Shown here: piece by piece, positions 54,426 through 63,591 of the stretch
Layout: each line of letters starts with the position of its first letter
How positions within the stretch are numbered: position 1 is the first letter of the stretch
From: an uncultured delta proteobacterium
GTDB taxonomy: Bacteria; Desulfobacterota; Binatia; DP-6
Length of the DNA stretch: 64,000 nt
Assembly (NCBI GenBank): GCA_963815115.1
Contig: CAWFFN010000007.1
Coordinates: 640,001 to 704,000 of the forward strand
Direction of reading: 5' to 3'
Position numbers and translations under genes: made by a program
Notes under the pieces: model-generated
The model's database searches: none
Told to the model about the DNA's origin: nothing
What the model saw: the letters and a program-made list of their open reading frames with translations, nothing else

Positions 54426-54614
54426 ATGCCCCGACGCAAGAGTCTCATCACGATCATCCGCGAGTTCGTGCAGGAAGAGGTGCGACGCGCTATGACGGGT
54501 CTTCTCGGGACGTCCGCTCCAAAGAAGCGCCCCAAGAATGGCCGCCGTCGTCGTCGCCGGCGTGGCCCTGGACGTCCACCGGGCTCAAAGAACAAGCGTC
54601 AAAGGACTCTTTAA
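54426..54614 (+). CDS. Small basic protein with AT-hook-like tail
   Basis: GGAGG RBS; 62 aa; amphipathic helix then RRRRRRRGPGRPPGSKNK. Confidence 0.7.
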   Translation: MPRRKSLITIIREFVQEEVRRAMTGLLGTSAPKKRPKNGRRRRRRRGPGRPPGSKNKRQRTL

Positions 54615-54857
54615 CGTGCTTTCCCTGAACTGGGAGCACTAGCAGTTCGTCTCCGCGCCGTCGGCAACGCAGTAGGCCGTTGAATACGCCGCTCGACGGC
54701 GAGCGGGCGCCGGGGATGTCCATGGGCACGTCGCCCACGCCTTTCGCCACGAGCTTCGCCTAAGGGGCCCTCCTCTACCTGGGCCTTTACGGTTCGAGCG
54801 CGCAGGAGTAGGAAGGTGGTCGTCGCGGACGCGTGTCCGCGCGGGAGGGAGGCAGCC

Positions 54858-55139
54858 GTGCCGATTTACGTCACGTTGTTCAAGTGGACCGATCAGGGGC
54901 GCAAGGACGTCGGGACACTGCCCGATCGCGCCGCCGCCGTTGCGAAGCGGATCGAACAGGTCGGCGGGAAGGTGATCGGCAACTACGTCACGATGGGTCA
55001 GTACGACCAGATCGCGATAACGGAGGCACCCGACGACGAGACCGTCGCGAAGATGGCGCTCATCATCGCCGGCCGCGGAAACGCAGTTAGCGAGACTTTG
55101 CGCGGCTTCACGATGGACGAGGTGCGCAAGCTGGTCTGA
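54858..55139 (+). CDS. GYD domain protein
   Basis: YVTLFKWTDQG...TMGQYD...EAPDDE...ETLRGF; GGAGG RBS. Confidence 0.88.
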   Translation: MPIYVTLFKWTDQGRKDVGTLPDRAAAVAKRIEQVGGKVIGNYVTMGQYDQIAITEAPDDETVAKMALIIAGRGNAVSETLRGFTMDEVRKLV

Positions 55140-55500
55140 GAAGTGTGGGCTACGTGCGCGAAGGGCCTCCCCATCGAAGGGAAAGAACTCCGGGGGTTAT
55201 CCCGGGGCCCGGAAAGGCCCCTAAAATAAAGACACTACCGGGCTAGGTCGCGGCCGAGGTTCTCGTGCTAGCACGAGCAAAGGGGGGAACCTAATGATGT
55301 CTCCTAACAGGCTCTTGCAAGTGGCCTTGGCCGTATTTGGTGCAGTCTTTCTCCTTATTTATCCGCTGGCGATCGTGTGGCCGTCCGGCTGGGCGTGGCA
55401 CGCCGGCGCGCCCTATGAATCCCAGTACTTCATGATGATCGTCGGAGTATACGCGACGCTCGGCGTCTTTGGGCTTGCCCCGTTTCGGCGAACACCTGAG

Positions 55501-56382
55501 TTAAGCCGCCGCGCGGCGACTCCAGTATCGGTCCTCGTAGTCGACGGGGCTCATCATGTCGATGGCTGAGTGCCGGCGCTGGCGGTTGTAGACGGCTTCG
55601 ATCCAGTGGACCGTTGCCGTCCGTGTGCGAGCCCGGGTCGGCCATGACCGGGGCTCGATGAGCTCGAGCTTGTAGGTCGCGAAGAACGACTCGGCGAGCG
55701 CATTGTCCCAGCACACGCCGGTCTTGCCCATCGACTGCTTCACGCCGTGCGTCTCGCACAGTGCCCGGAACTCGGCCGAGGTATATTGGCTTCCCCTGTC
55801 CGAGTGAAAGATGACACCCTCGACGTCCCCGCCGCGCGTAGCGACGGCCATCGTCAACGCGTCGCACACGAGCGATGCGCGCATGTGACCGGCCAACGAA
55901 AATCCGATCACGCGACGCGAGAAGACGTCGATGACCGTCGCCAGGTACAGCCAGCCCTCCCACGTGCGAATGTAGGTGATGTCGCCGACCCACAGCACGT
56001 CGGGAGCTGGGGCCTCGAACTGGCCGTGAACGAGATCGGGGATCGACGGCGGCGTCGGCTCCGGTGTCGTCGTGCGGACCCAGCGCGGTGGGCGACGACC
56101 TCGCAGGCCCGCCGCCTTCATCAAGCGAGCCACGCGCTTGCGGCCAACGTCGTGGCCCTGGGCCTGCAACTCCGCCAACACGCGGGGCACGCCGTATTGG
56201 CCGTCCGACGCGGCATGGATCGCTCGAATCTTCACCAGCAGTGCTGCGTCGTCTCGTTCACGCTGCGACGGCTGCCCGTTCTGCCACTCGTAGTAGGCGG
56301 TGCGGGAGACCTGGGCCATCCGGCAAAGCTGCGTCACCGAATACCGACGACTCTCCGCCTCGACGAACCGGTACCGGCTCAT
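55501..56382 (-). CDS. IS3 transposase OrfB
   Basis: WVGDITYI, FHSDRGSQY, DNALAESFF DDE triad. Confidence 0.95.
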   Translation of the reverse strand: MSRYRFVEAESRRYSVTQLCRMAQVSRTAYYEWQNGQPSQRERDDAALLVKIRAIHAASDGQYGVPRVLAELQAQGHDVGRKRVARLMKAAGLRGRRPPRWVRTTTPEPTPPSIPDLVHGQFEAPAPDVLWVGDITYIRTWEGWLYLATVIDVFSRRVIGFSLAGHMRASLVCDALTMAVATRGGDVEGVIFHSDRGSQYTSAEFRALCETHGVKQSMGKTGVCWDNALAESFFATYKLELIEPRSWPTRARTRTATVHWIEAVYNRQRRHSAIDMMSPVDYEDRYWSRRAAA

Positions 56383-56696
56383 CGGGTCTCCATCGCGAAG
56401 AAAGCCGCCGCCCGCTTCAAGATGTCCCGCTCGTCGCGGAGCACCCGCACCTCGCGTCGCAACCGACGCAGCTCCTCGCGCTCCTCGGTCGTCAGCCCGT
56501 CCTGTTCCCCCGCGTCCACTGCCGCTTGCTCGACCCAGTGGCGTACCGCCGTCTCGCTCAGGTCCATCTCCCGACAAATCGTCGGGATCGTCCGGTCACC
56601 CTGTCGCACCAAGGCGACGACCTCGGCCTTGAACGACGTCGTGAACGATCGCCGCGGTCGGCGACTCGCTCCCTTGCCCTCCACCTTCTTCCCCAT
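56379..56696 (-). CDS. IS3 transposase OrfA
   Basis: RRSFTTSFKAEVV HTH; ERDILKRAAAFFA; ATGA overlap with orfB. Confidence 0.93.
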   Translation of the reverse strand: MGKKVEGKGASRRPRRSFTTSFKAEVVALVRQGDRTIPTICREMDLSETAVRHWVEQAAVDAGEQDGLTTEEREELRRLRREVRVLRDERDILKRAAAFFAMETR

Positions 56697-57404
56697 TCGA
56701 ACACCCTCCTCGTGGGCTCACGCCCACATCTGGGGTGTTCGCCGGTCGGGGGCAAGTCCACTTCCTATTGAATGCGTCGAGAAACCCGCAAGCGCATCGC
56801 AGCTTAATCTGGTTCACAGTGTGGTCGAGCGTCGTGCACGCCGGCATCATGGCGGTTCAATCGATGCCCGCTGCACATAGCGGTCACTTGCTTGGTGATG
56901 TGCCCGCCCTTATCCTCGTCGCGATTGTTCTCGGCGGTTTGCTTGTGCGGGCGGAACAGGGGCAAGCCAAAGCTGCTTAGCAACGCTCCGCGGGCGCGGG
57001 GCTGGGCGAGCGCACCCTGCCGCGATCCTCGTCTCGTTTCGCCACCGTCGCCGGCTCGGCTAGCTCAGCCAGGGCCGACACATCCCCCGCCGGCACTTCC
57101 ATAGACAGCGCCTTCCATAGACACCACGCCCCATCGGCTCGACGAGATGCTTCGCCGCGAGGGCATCATCACGTGAAGAGACGGGATAGTTGGCCCGCGC
57201 CAAAACCCCCGGGACAGCACACCCCGAAAGCCGCGTGTTCCCGGCCCCGGGAAGCCTCCTTCCCGCCGCGCCAAAACCGTTTGGTTTTGACTCGGAGCCC
57301 ATTTCTTCCTCGCGCACACCAGCTGCCAAGAGCGCTCGGCGGACCTGAAGGCGGCGAAGCTGTTTTCGGGCGCTGGGCGCCTCCCCGCACTCGGGGGACT
57401 ATCC

Positions 57405-58043
57405 CTATTCCGGTTCCATCGCGGCTTCCACCCGTCCTGAGCGCATCGCCTTTTTGAGGATTGCATGGTCGCGTTCACTCTGATCGGCGTAGGCGATGGC
57501 GAACGCCGCAATGGCTTTGGCGAAGGCGTCGCTCTTGCCGAGGTACCCGCTGATCTCGGCGGGGGCACCGGAGCGGGCGTGGGCGCGCGCCAGCGTCCAT
57601 CCACAGATCTCGGCGTACTGGGTCATCATGACTGGGCTGAACAAGTCAACGAGAGCCCCGACCTTCATGTCCTTCAGTTGGCGGATGTAGAAGTGCCGGC
57701 CGAGCTCAGCCTTCGTCCAACCGAGGAACATGTCACTCGCCGATTGCATGAGGCGGTAGCCGTTCACGACCCGCTGCCCATGGTTGCGGTAGATGCTCTT
57801 GCCGGCATACGCCTCCAGCACCGAGGAGCGCGCCTCTTTGACCTGGAGGAACAGAGGATCCCGCTCGCTCGCCATCAGGAGCATCACGGCACAGAAGGTC
57901 CCGACGCTGCCGACACCGACCACCTTGATGGCGATGTCCTTGAGCTCAAAACGGTCGATGAGCACACGGCGGTCTTCTTCTAGTGACTCCCGATAGCCGG
58001 CAAAGGCCGCTCGGGTACGCGTGAGCAAATCCCTTACACCCTG
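57405..58043 (-). pseudogene. DUF2252 protein, C-terminal fragment
   Basis: KVVGVGSVGT, LFLQVKEA, FYIRQLKDMK, LARAHARSG. Confidence 0.9.
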
Positions 58044-58083
58044 CGGAGCCTGTCAATGAGAATGAGACAGTGGGTTCCGGAAT

Positions 58084-59262
58084 TTAGTGTAGATCCTCCG
58101 TGTTGAGCGGCGCGACGGCCGCGATGTCGGGTTCGGTGCCGATCGATCCGAATCGCTCGCGGACACCGATTCGGGGGGATACCTCGGTAAGGGTCGAGTC
58201 CGCTGCGTGGCTGTGCGGGGCTCTGGACGCGAAGGTGGTGACGACCTCGGCCTCGGAATCGCGAGGGTGCTTGGCGAGCGCCGCCTTCGGCTTGTTGATC
58301 CAGACCGCGCTCGGCAACGCCGGCGGGCGCGGAAGCCCCGCGACGAAGCGCTCGGGATGGGCGGCGAACGCTGCGGCCAGCACGCGTGCACGCGCCTCGA
58401 CCCGCTGCTCGGCCAGCCCGTAGTGGACCTCGTGAGGCGTGAGCATCCCGAGGCCCGAGTGCCGGTGCTCGGTGTTGTACCAGGGGAAGAAGGCGTGACC
58501 ATGCCCGCGGGCGTGCTGGATCGACCCGAATCGATCGGGGAAATCCGGCCGATACTTCAGCGTTTTGAACTGCGCCTCGGAGAAGGGGTTGTCGTTCGAC
58601 ACGTAGGGCCGCGAATGGGTCTTGGTGACCCCGAGGTCCGAGAGCAGCAGCGCCACCGGCTTCGAGGTCATCGACGGCCCGCGGTCAGCATGGAGCGTGA
58701 GCTCGCCCGGCGTGATCCCCTGCCGCCGGCAGCTCTGCTCGATCAGCTTCCTCGCCAGCGCCGCGCGCTCCTCGTGAGCGACCATCCAGCCGACGACGTA
58801 GCGGCTGAAGAGGTCCAGGATCACGTAGAGGTAGAAGTACGTCCATTTTGCCGGCCCGAGGAGTTTCGTGATGTCCCAGCTCCAGACCTGGTTCGGCGCC
58901 ATGGCCAGGAGCTCGGGCGCCGCGTACGACGGGTGGCGGAGCTGATCCCGTCGCTCGTGCACCTCGTGATGCTCCGCCAGAATCCGATACATCGTCCGCT
59001 CCGAGCAGAGGTAGCGCTTGGCATCGAGCAGCTGGGCGTAGACCTGCGCCGGGGCGAGATCGACGAACCCGGGTTGGTGCAGCACTGCGAGCACGGCCGT
59101 GCGTTCGGCGACGGCGAGCTTACGTGGCGGACTCGGGCGAGGTGCAGCGGGCGGCGTCGGGCTGATCCGCCGGTAGTAGGTGGCCGGCGGCAGGCCGAGC
59201 GCCGCGCAGGTCGGCGCGATCCCGAGCCGCGGCCCCACCTCGCGAACCGTCTCGATCGTCAT
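58084..59262 (-). CDS. IS3-family transposase OrfB
   Basis: WSWDITKL, LHADRG, NDNPFSEAQFKTLKY. Confidence 0.94.
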   Translation of the reverse strand: MTIETVREVGPRLGIAPTCAALGLPPATYYRRISPTPPAAPRPSPPRKLAVAERTAVLAVLHQPGFVDLAPAQVYAQLLDAKRYLCSERTMYRILAEHHEVHERRDQLRHPSYAAPELLAMAPNQVWSWDITKLLGPAKWTYFYLYVILDLFSRYVVGWMVAHEERAALARKLIEQSCRRQGITPGELTLHADRGPSMTSKPVALLLSDLGVTKTHSRPYVSNDNPFSEAQFKTLKYRPDFPDRFGSIQHARGHGHAFFPWYNTEHRHSGLGMLTPHEVHYGLAEQRVEARARVLAAAFAAHPERFVAGLPRPPALPSAVWINKPKAALAKHPRDSEAEVVTTFASRAPHSHAADSTLTEVSPRIGVRERFGSIGTEPDIAAVAPLNTEDLH

Positions 59263-59759
59263 TTCTCGCTCTCGAACGGAGTCCCCAGCAGCGCCGCGAG
59301 TTTTTTTTGAACATCGACCAGCGCCTCGGCCCGCTCGGCCCGCTTCCTCCAGCGCGTGATCTCCCGCTCCTGCTCGACGATCTTCTTGTCCCGTGGATCG
59401 GGCGGCACGAGCTTCGGTCCCCGCTTCTGCGCCGACAGCCCCTCGAGCTCACCCCGGTCGCGAGCCGCGCGCCACGTCGTCAGGAGCGAGGAGTACAGCC
59501 CCTCGCGCCGAAGCAGCGCGCCGATCTCGCCCGGCTTTGTGCAGCGGTCCGCCTCGCGCACGATCCGCCGCTTGTACTCCGCCGTGAACCGCCGCCGCTC
59601 TGCCTTGGCCACGACTTCGATCTCCGGCCTCGCTTCCCTCGCGATCACTCCCGCCGGCGGCGCGCCGACCGGGAAAACTCCAGTCGCCCTACGGGCTCCT
59701 TCCGTTTCCCCGGCCTCCTCCATCCTCTCATCCCTCGCCTTCTTTCCGACCACCTTCAT
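59259..59759 (-). CDS. IS3-family transposase OrfA
   Basis: RRRFTAEYKRRIV...GALLRREGLYSS; A8 run near 3' end. Confidence 0.9.
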   Translation of the reverse strand: MKVVGKKARDERMEEAGETEGARRATGVFPVGAPPAGVIAREARPEIEVVAKAERRRFTAEYKRRIVREADRCTKPGEIGALLRREGLYSSLLTTWRAARDRGELEGLSAQKRGPKLVPPDPRDKKIVEQEREITRWRKRAERAEALVDVQKKLAALLGTPFESEK

Positions 59760-59831
59760 CCATCTCGGCCTCCCCGCCCTCTACAGTAAACTATCGCTAC
59801 TCCACTGTCTCACGATCATTGGCAGAGAGGG

Positions 59832-60115
59832 CTGTTCGCGCGGGTGGTAGATCAAGGGAGGGTTGTCCTTGATGGTCGGCGCCTGACCGGCCATGGCCGC
59901 GAGCTTGGGAAAGTCATGCTCCAACACGCTGCGGGCACGAGCCTTGGCCAGCATCTTCTGATGCCGGCGACGAGCTTCTTTGTCCTTGATCGTCGGGAGC
60001 ACTTTCTCGACGTCTATGCTCGCATACCACACGTCCAGCACCGGCATCTGACTGTACTCCGCCGTCCGTTCGCGATACGAGCGAACACATGCAAGCACTG
60101 CATCGCGAGCGCAGG
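59832..60115 (-). pseudogene. DUF2252 protein, middle fragment
   Basis: VRSYRE...LDVWY...IKDNPPLIYHPREQ rejoins GVRDLL in frame across IS copy 1. Confidence 0.85.
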
Positions 60116-60155
60116 CGGAGCCTGTCAATGAGAATGAGACAGTGGGTTCCGGAAT

Positions 60156-61334
60156 TTAGTGTAGATCCTCCGTGTTGAGCGGCGCGACGGCCGCGATGTC
60201 GGGTTCGGTGCCGATCGATCCGAATCGCTCGCGGACACCGATTCGGGGGGATACCTCGGTAAGGGTCGAGTCCGCTGCGTGGCTGTGCGGGGCTCTGGAC
60301 GCGAAGGTGGTGACGACCTCGGCCTCGGAATCGCGAGGGTGCTTGGCGAGCGCCGCCTTCGGCTTGTTGATCCAGACCGCGCTCGGCAACGCCGGCGGGC
60401 GCGGAAGCCCCGCGACGAAGCGCTCGGGATGGGCGGCGAACGCTGCGGCCAGCACGCGTGCACGCGCCTCGACCCGCTGCTCGGCCAGCCCGTAGTGGAC
60501 CTCGTGAGGCGTGAGCATCCCGAGGCCCGAGTGCCGGTGCTCGGTGTTGTACCAGGGGAAGAAGGCGTGACCATGCCCGCGGGCGTGCTGGATCGACCCG
60601 AATCGATCGGGGAAATCCGGCCGATACTTCAGCGTTTTGAACTGCGCCTCGGAGAAGGGGTTGTCGTTCGACACGTAGGGCCGCGAATGGGTCTTGGTGA
60701 CCCCGAGGTCCGAGAGCAGCAGCGCCACCGGCTTCGAGGTCATCGACGGCCCGCGGTCAGCATGGAGCGTGAGCTCGCCCGGCGTGATCCCCTGCCGCCG
60801 GCAGCTCTGCTCGATCAGCTTCCTCGCCAGCGCCGCGCGCTCCTCGTGAGCGACCATCCAGCCCACGACGTAGCGGCTGAAGAGGTCCAGGATCACGTAG
60901 AGGTAGAAGTACGTCCATTTTGCCGGCCCGAGGAGTTTCGTGATGTCCCAGCTCCAGACCTGGTTCGGCGCCATGGCCAGGAGCTCGGGCGCCGCGTACG
61001 ACGGGTGGCGGAGCTGATCCCGTCGCTCGTGCACCTCGTGATGCTCCGCCAGAATCCGATACATCGTCCGCTCCGAGCAGAGGTAGCGCTTGGCATCGAG
61101 CAGCTGGGCGTAGACCTGCGCCGGGGCGAGATCGACGAACCCGGGTTGGTGCAGCACTGCGAGCACGGCCGTGCGTTCGGCGACGGCGAGCTTACGTGGC
61201 GGACTCGGGCGAGGTGCAGCGGGCGGCGTCGGGCTGATCCGCCGGTAGTAGGTGGCCGGCGGCAGGCCGAGCGCCGCGCAGGTCGGCGCGATCCCGAGCC
61301 GCGGCCCCACCTCGCGAACCGTCTCGATCGTCAT
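60156..61334 (-). CDS. IS3-family transposase OrfB (copy 2)
   Basis: Protein identical to 58084-59262. Confidence 0.94.
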   Translation of the reverse strand: MTIETVREVGPRLGIAPTCAALGLPPATYYRRISPTPPAAPRPSPPRKLAVAERTAVLAVLHQPGFVDLAPAQVYAQLLDAKRYLCSERTMYRILAEHHEVHERRDQLRHPSYAAPELLAMAPNQVWSWDITKLLGPAKWTYFYLYVILDLFSRYVVGWMVAHEERAALARKLIEQSCRRQGITPGELTLHADRGPSMTSKPVALLLSDLGVTKTHSRPYVSNDNPFSEAQFKTLKYRPDFPDRFGSIQHARGHGHAFFPWYNTEHRHSGLGMLTPHEVHYGLAEQRVEARARVLAAAFAAHPERFVAGLPRPPALPSAVWINKPKAALAKHPRDSEAEVVTTFASRAPHSHAADSTLTEVSPRIGVRERFGSIGTEPDIAAVAPLNTEDLH

Positions 61335-61831
61335 TTCTCGCTCTCGAACGGAGTCCCCAGCAGCGCCGCGAGTTTTTTTTGAACATCGACCAGCGCCTCG
61401 GCCCGCTCGGCCCGCTTCCTCCAGCGCGTGATCTCCCGCTCCTGCTCGACGATCTTCTTGTCCCGTGGATCGGGCGGCACGAGCTTCGGTCCCCGCTTCT
61501 GCGCCGACAGCCCCTCGAGCTCACCCCGGTCGCGAGCCGCGCGCCACGTCGTCAGGAGCGAGGAGTACAGCCCCTCGCGCCGAAGCAGCGCGCCGATCTC
61601 GCCCGGCTTTGTGCAGCGGTCCGCCTCGCGCACGATCCGCCGCTTGTACTCCGCCGTGAACCGCCGCCGCTCTGCCTTGGCCACGACTTCGATCTCCGGC
61701 CTCGCTTCCCTCGCGATCACTCCCGCCGGCGGCGCGCCGACCGGGAAAACTCCAGTCGCCCTACGGGCTCCTTCCGTTTCCCCGGCCTCCTCCATCCTCT
61801 CATCCCTCGCCTTCTTTCCGACCACCTTCAT
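61331..61831 (-). CDS. IS3-family transposase OrfA (copy 2)
   Basis: Protein identical to 59259-59759. Confidence 0.9.
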   Translation of the reverse strand: MKVVGKKARDERMEEAGETEGARRATGVFPVGAPPAGVIAREARPEIEVVAKAERRRFTAEYKRRIVREADRCTKPGEIGALLRREGLYSSLLTTWRAARDRGELEGLSAQKRGPKLVPPDPRDKKIVEQEREITRWRKRAERAEALVDVQKKLAALLGTPFESEK

Positions 61832-61903
61832 CCATCTCGGCCTCCCCGCCCTCTACAGTAAACTATCGCTACTCCACTGTCTCACGATCATTGGCAGAGA
61901 GGG

Positions 61904-61996
61904 TGCGCTGGCTCGCACCTCGGTCGGAAGCTTCTCCAGCACCTTGCCGATCTGCTCAAGACGACCGGCGCGGGTCTTGAACTCCTCATCATTCAC
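61904..61996 (-). pseudogene. 5' fragment of a third cassette ORF truncated by the IS
   Basis: AGGGG RBS, GTG start ~20 bp after attC: MNDEEFKTRAGRLEQIGKVLEKLPTEVRASA, then IS end. Confidence 0.6.
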
Positions 61997-62017
61997 AAAG
62001 GACCCCTTTCCGGTGTT

Positions 62018-62095
62018 GACTAACGTTTGAGTTCACCCGCTCGCGGAAGGGGGGGAAGCCCGCTGTAGCGAGTCGGGTGCAACGAAGGGTTAGCC
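62018..62095 (-). other. Integron attC site (78 bp)
   Basis: GGCTAAC-CCTTC-GTT[G]CACC-CG[A]CTCGC...GCGAGCG-GGTGAAC-TCAAAC-GTTAGTC: R'', L'', two extrahelical bases, L', R'; gene stop TAA lies within R''. Confidence 0.88.
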
Positions 62096-62524
62096 GTCAC
62101 GGAAGATTTCCTCTCCAGAGGTGAGTTCCCACTGCAGCGACCTACGATTGAGCTCGAAGAAGCGCCAGGATTGTCCTCGCTTCCATTCGAACAGCACCAC
62201 AGAGCGTGCCCCATACTCACGCGCTACTTCGCGTAGGCGAACGCAGTCCTCATGTGTGGGCGGACGTGCAGTGCCACCCTTGACTTGAACAAGGACGATC
62301 TCGAAGAGATCGCCGCGCTTCAGGAGAGGGCTCTTTGGTTGCTTCGTATTCTTCCGAACCGCTACGAGGTCAACGACGCCCCGCCACTCACCTTTGCCTT
62401 TGCCCCGGAACGACACGAACTGCCAACGCTGGGCTACCGGCCTACTCAGAGCGCGGAACATAGTTTCCGCCCACCGCCCGGTTGTATGGGCTTTGACATG
62501 TGCAGGGACGTTGGCGTCTGTCAT
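62090..62524 (-). CDS. Small PD-(D/E)XK nuclease-fold cassette protein
   Basis: GRWAE...GVVDLVAVRK...IVLVQVKGG; 144 aa; flanked by attC sites. Confidence 0.7.
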   Translation of the reverse strand: MTDANVPAHVKAHTTGRWAETMFRALSRPVAQRWQFVSFRGKGKGEWRGVVDLVAVRKNTKQPKSPLLKRGDLFEIVLVQVKGGTARPPTHEDCVRLREVAREYGARSVVLFEWKRGQSWRFFELNRRSLQWELTSGEEIFRDG

Positions 62525-62538
62525 CGCCTGCGGGTGAC

Positions 62539-62597
62539 GGCTAACGTCCTGCCGATCAGCGGCGGACGAAGTCCGGCCGCTGCATCGCTTGTTAGCC
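62539..62597 (-). other. Integron attC site (59 bp)
   Basis: GGCTAAC-AAG-CGAT[G]CAGCGG[C]CGGAC-TTC-GTCCGCCGCTGATCG-GCAGGAC-GTTAGCC, 9 bp after the mrr stop. Confidence 0.82.
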
Positions 62598-62606
62598 TGT
62601 GTTGTC

Positions 62607-63491
62607 CTAGTCGTCGGGTGCCAAGTAGTACACCGGGCGCAAAGGGAGCAGGCGCCTCTGGGGTTCGGGAATCCGGTCGTAGTGCTCCGTCCAGAGATCG
62701 AACAGCCGTTTCAGATCCACGAGCATGATGCGCCTCTTCTCCTGCCGCCGAGCTTCGTCCTCGGCATCGCGCGTAAACCCACCCGTGGATACGAACAGGC
62801 CTACGTCTGAGTCCCCGAGGAGGGCCATGAAGCCACGGACGCCGTCCACCGCTATTCTGTCTGCCCTTCGCTTCACCTGTGCCTTGATCCGGGGACCTTT
62901 CACACCAAGCGGATCCATATGCGCCACAATGTCGATTCCTTTGTCAGGCCCTGGGGGCGAGACCCACTCCACGAAGTAGCCCATTCCGCGCAGCAGCCCG
63001 GCGACTAGTTCCTGAAAGTCGTAGGGACTCATCTTTTCGAGGAACGTCTCGATTTCCGACCATGCCGATTCCTCGGCCTCCTCGAGCGTCGTGGCTGCTT
63101 CGCCGGATTCCTCTTCCTCTTCGGCTTCCGGGTCCGTCGGCTGGTCGGCCTTCCACGCTCGGTACAGTCGGCCGGCCTCGCGATAGAAGGCCTCCGGGTC
63201 CTTGAACCTGCCGAAGGCCGCACGCCCATCATCGGTGAGCGACCATGCCCCCTTGTTCTTGATTAGCCACCCAGCCTTCACCGCCCCGATAGTGGAGAAC
63301 CGCACGATCTTTTCGTACCGCCGTACCGTTGGTCGATTCGGATAGGTGCTTGCCTCAAACTCCGAAGGTGGCACCAGTTCCTCAAGTCGCCTGAGCACCT
63401 CCTTGGCAGGAACGGCGTCGACTTGCTGCGAGAGGATCTGAAACACGCCGCGGACAAGTTCGCCAGAGCGCCTTCGTGTGATCTCCGCCAT
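62607..63491 (-). CDS. mrr: Mrr-family (type IV) restriction endonuclease
   Basis: N-terminal wHTH (KAGWLIKNKGAWSLTDDG), acidic linker, catalytic domain DFQELVAGLL...DKGID...AQVKR...GLFVSTGGFT. Confidence 0.92.
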   Translation of the reverse strand: MAEITRRRSGELVRGVFQILSQQVDAVPAKEVLRRLEELVPPSEFEASTYPNRPTVRRYEKIVRFSTIGAVKAGWLIKNKGAWSLTDDGRAAFGRFKDPEAFYREAGRLYRAWKADQPTDPEAEEEEESGEAATTLEEAEESAWSEIETFLEKMSPYDFQELVAGLLRGMGYFVEWVSPPGPDKGIDIVAHMDPLGVKGPRIKAQVKRRADRIAVDGVRGFMALLGDSDVGLFVSTGGFTRDAEDEARRQEKRRIMLVDLKRLFDLWTEHYDRIPEPQRRLLPLRPVYYLAPDD

Positions 63492-63591
63492 TCTCAGGGT
63501 CCTGTTCTTGCCCGCCCCATTCCCGCCCCATGGCGGGCTGCGGTTGTGATGATCTTGTAGATGAACTGAGCAAACCTAAGGGCTTACGAAG

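Larger units (their letters stand above)
55470..56760 (-). mobile_element. Complete IS3-family element (1291 bp)
   Basis: IRs TGGGCTTGCCCC...GGCGAACACC / TGGACTTGCCCC...GGCGAACACC; 3-bp duplication CTT. Confidence 0.93.
55294..56980 (+). pseudogene. DUF6632-like membrane protein gene interrupted by IS3
   Basis: ...MIVGVYATLGVF | LLNASRNPQAHRSLIWFTVWSS rejoins in frame once the IS and one CTT copy are removed. Confidence 0.85.
58044..59831 (-). mobile_element. IS3-family element, copy 1 (1788 bp) with sub-terminal IRs
   Basis: IRs TGTCAATGAGAATGAGACAGTGG / TGCCAATGATCGTGAGACAGTGG set 7 bp inside the ends; CTG duplication at 58041-58043 and 59832-59834. Confidence 0.9.
60116..61903 (-). mobile_element. 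IS3-family element, copy 2 (1788 bp)
   Basis: Near-identical to copy 1 (one silent difference noticed); flanks AGG/TGC, no target duplication. Confidence 0.9.

Noticed and set aside
63492-63591. attI site or 5' boundary of the mrr cassette
   Set aside because: No GTTRRRY complementary to the mrr attC R'' (expected GTTAGCC) is present
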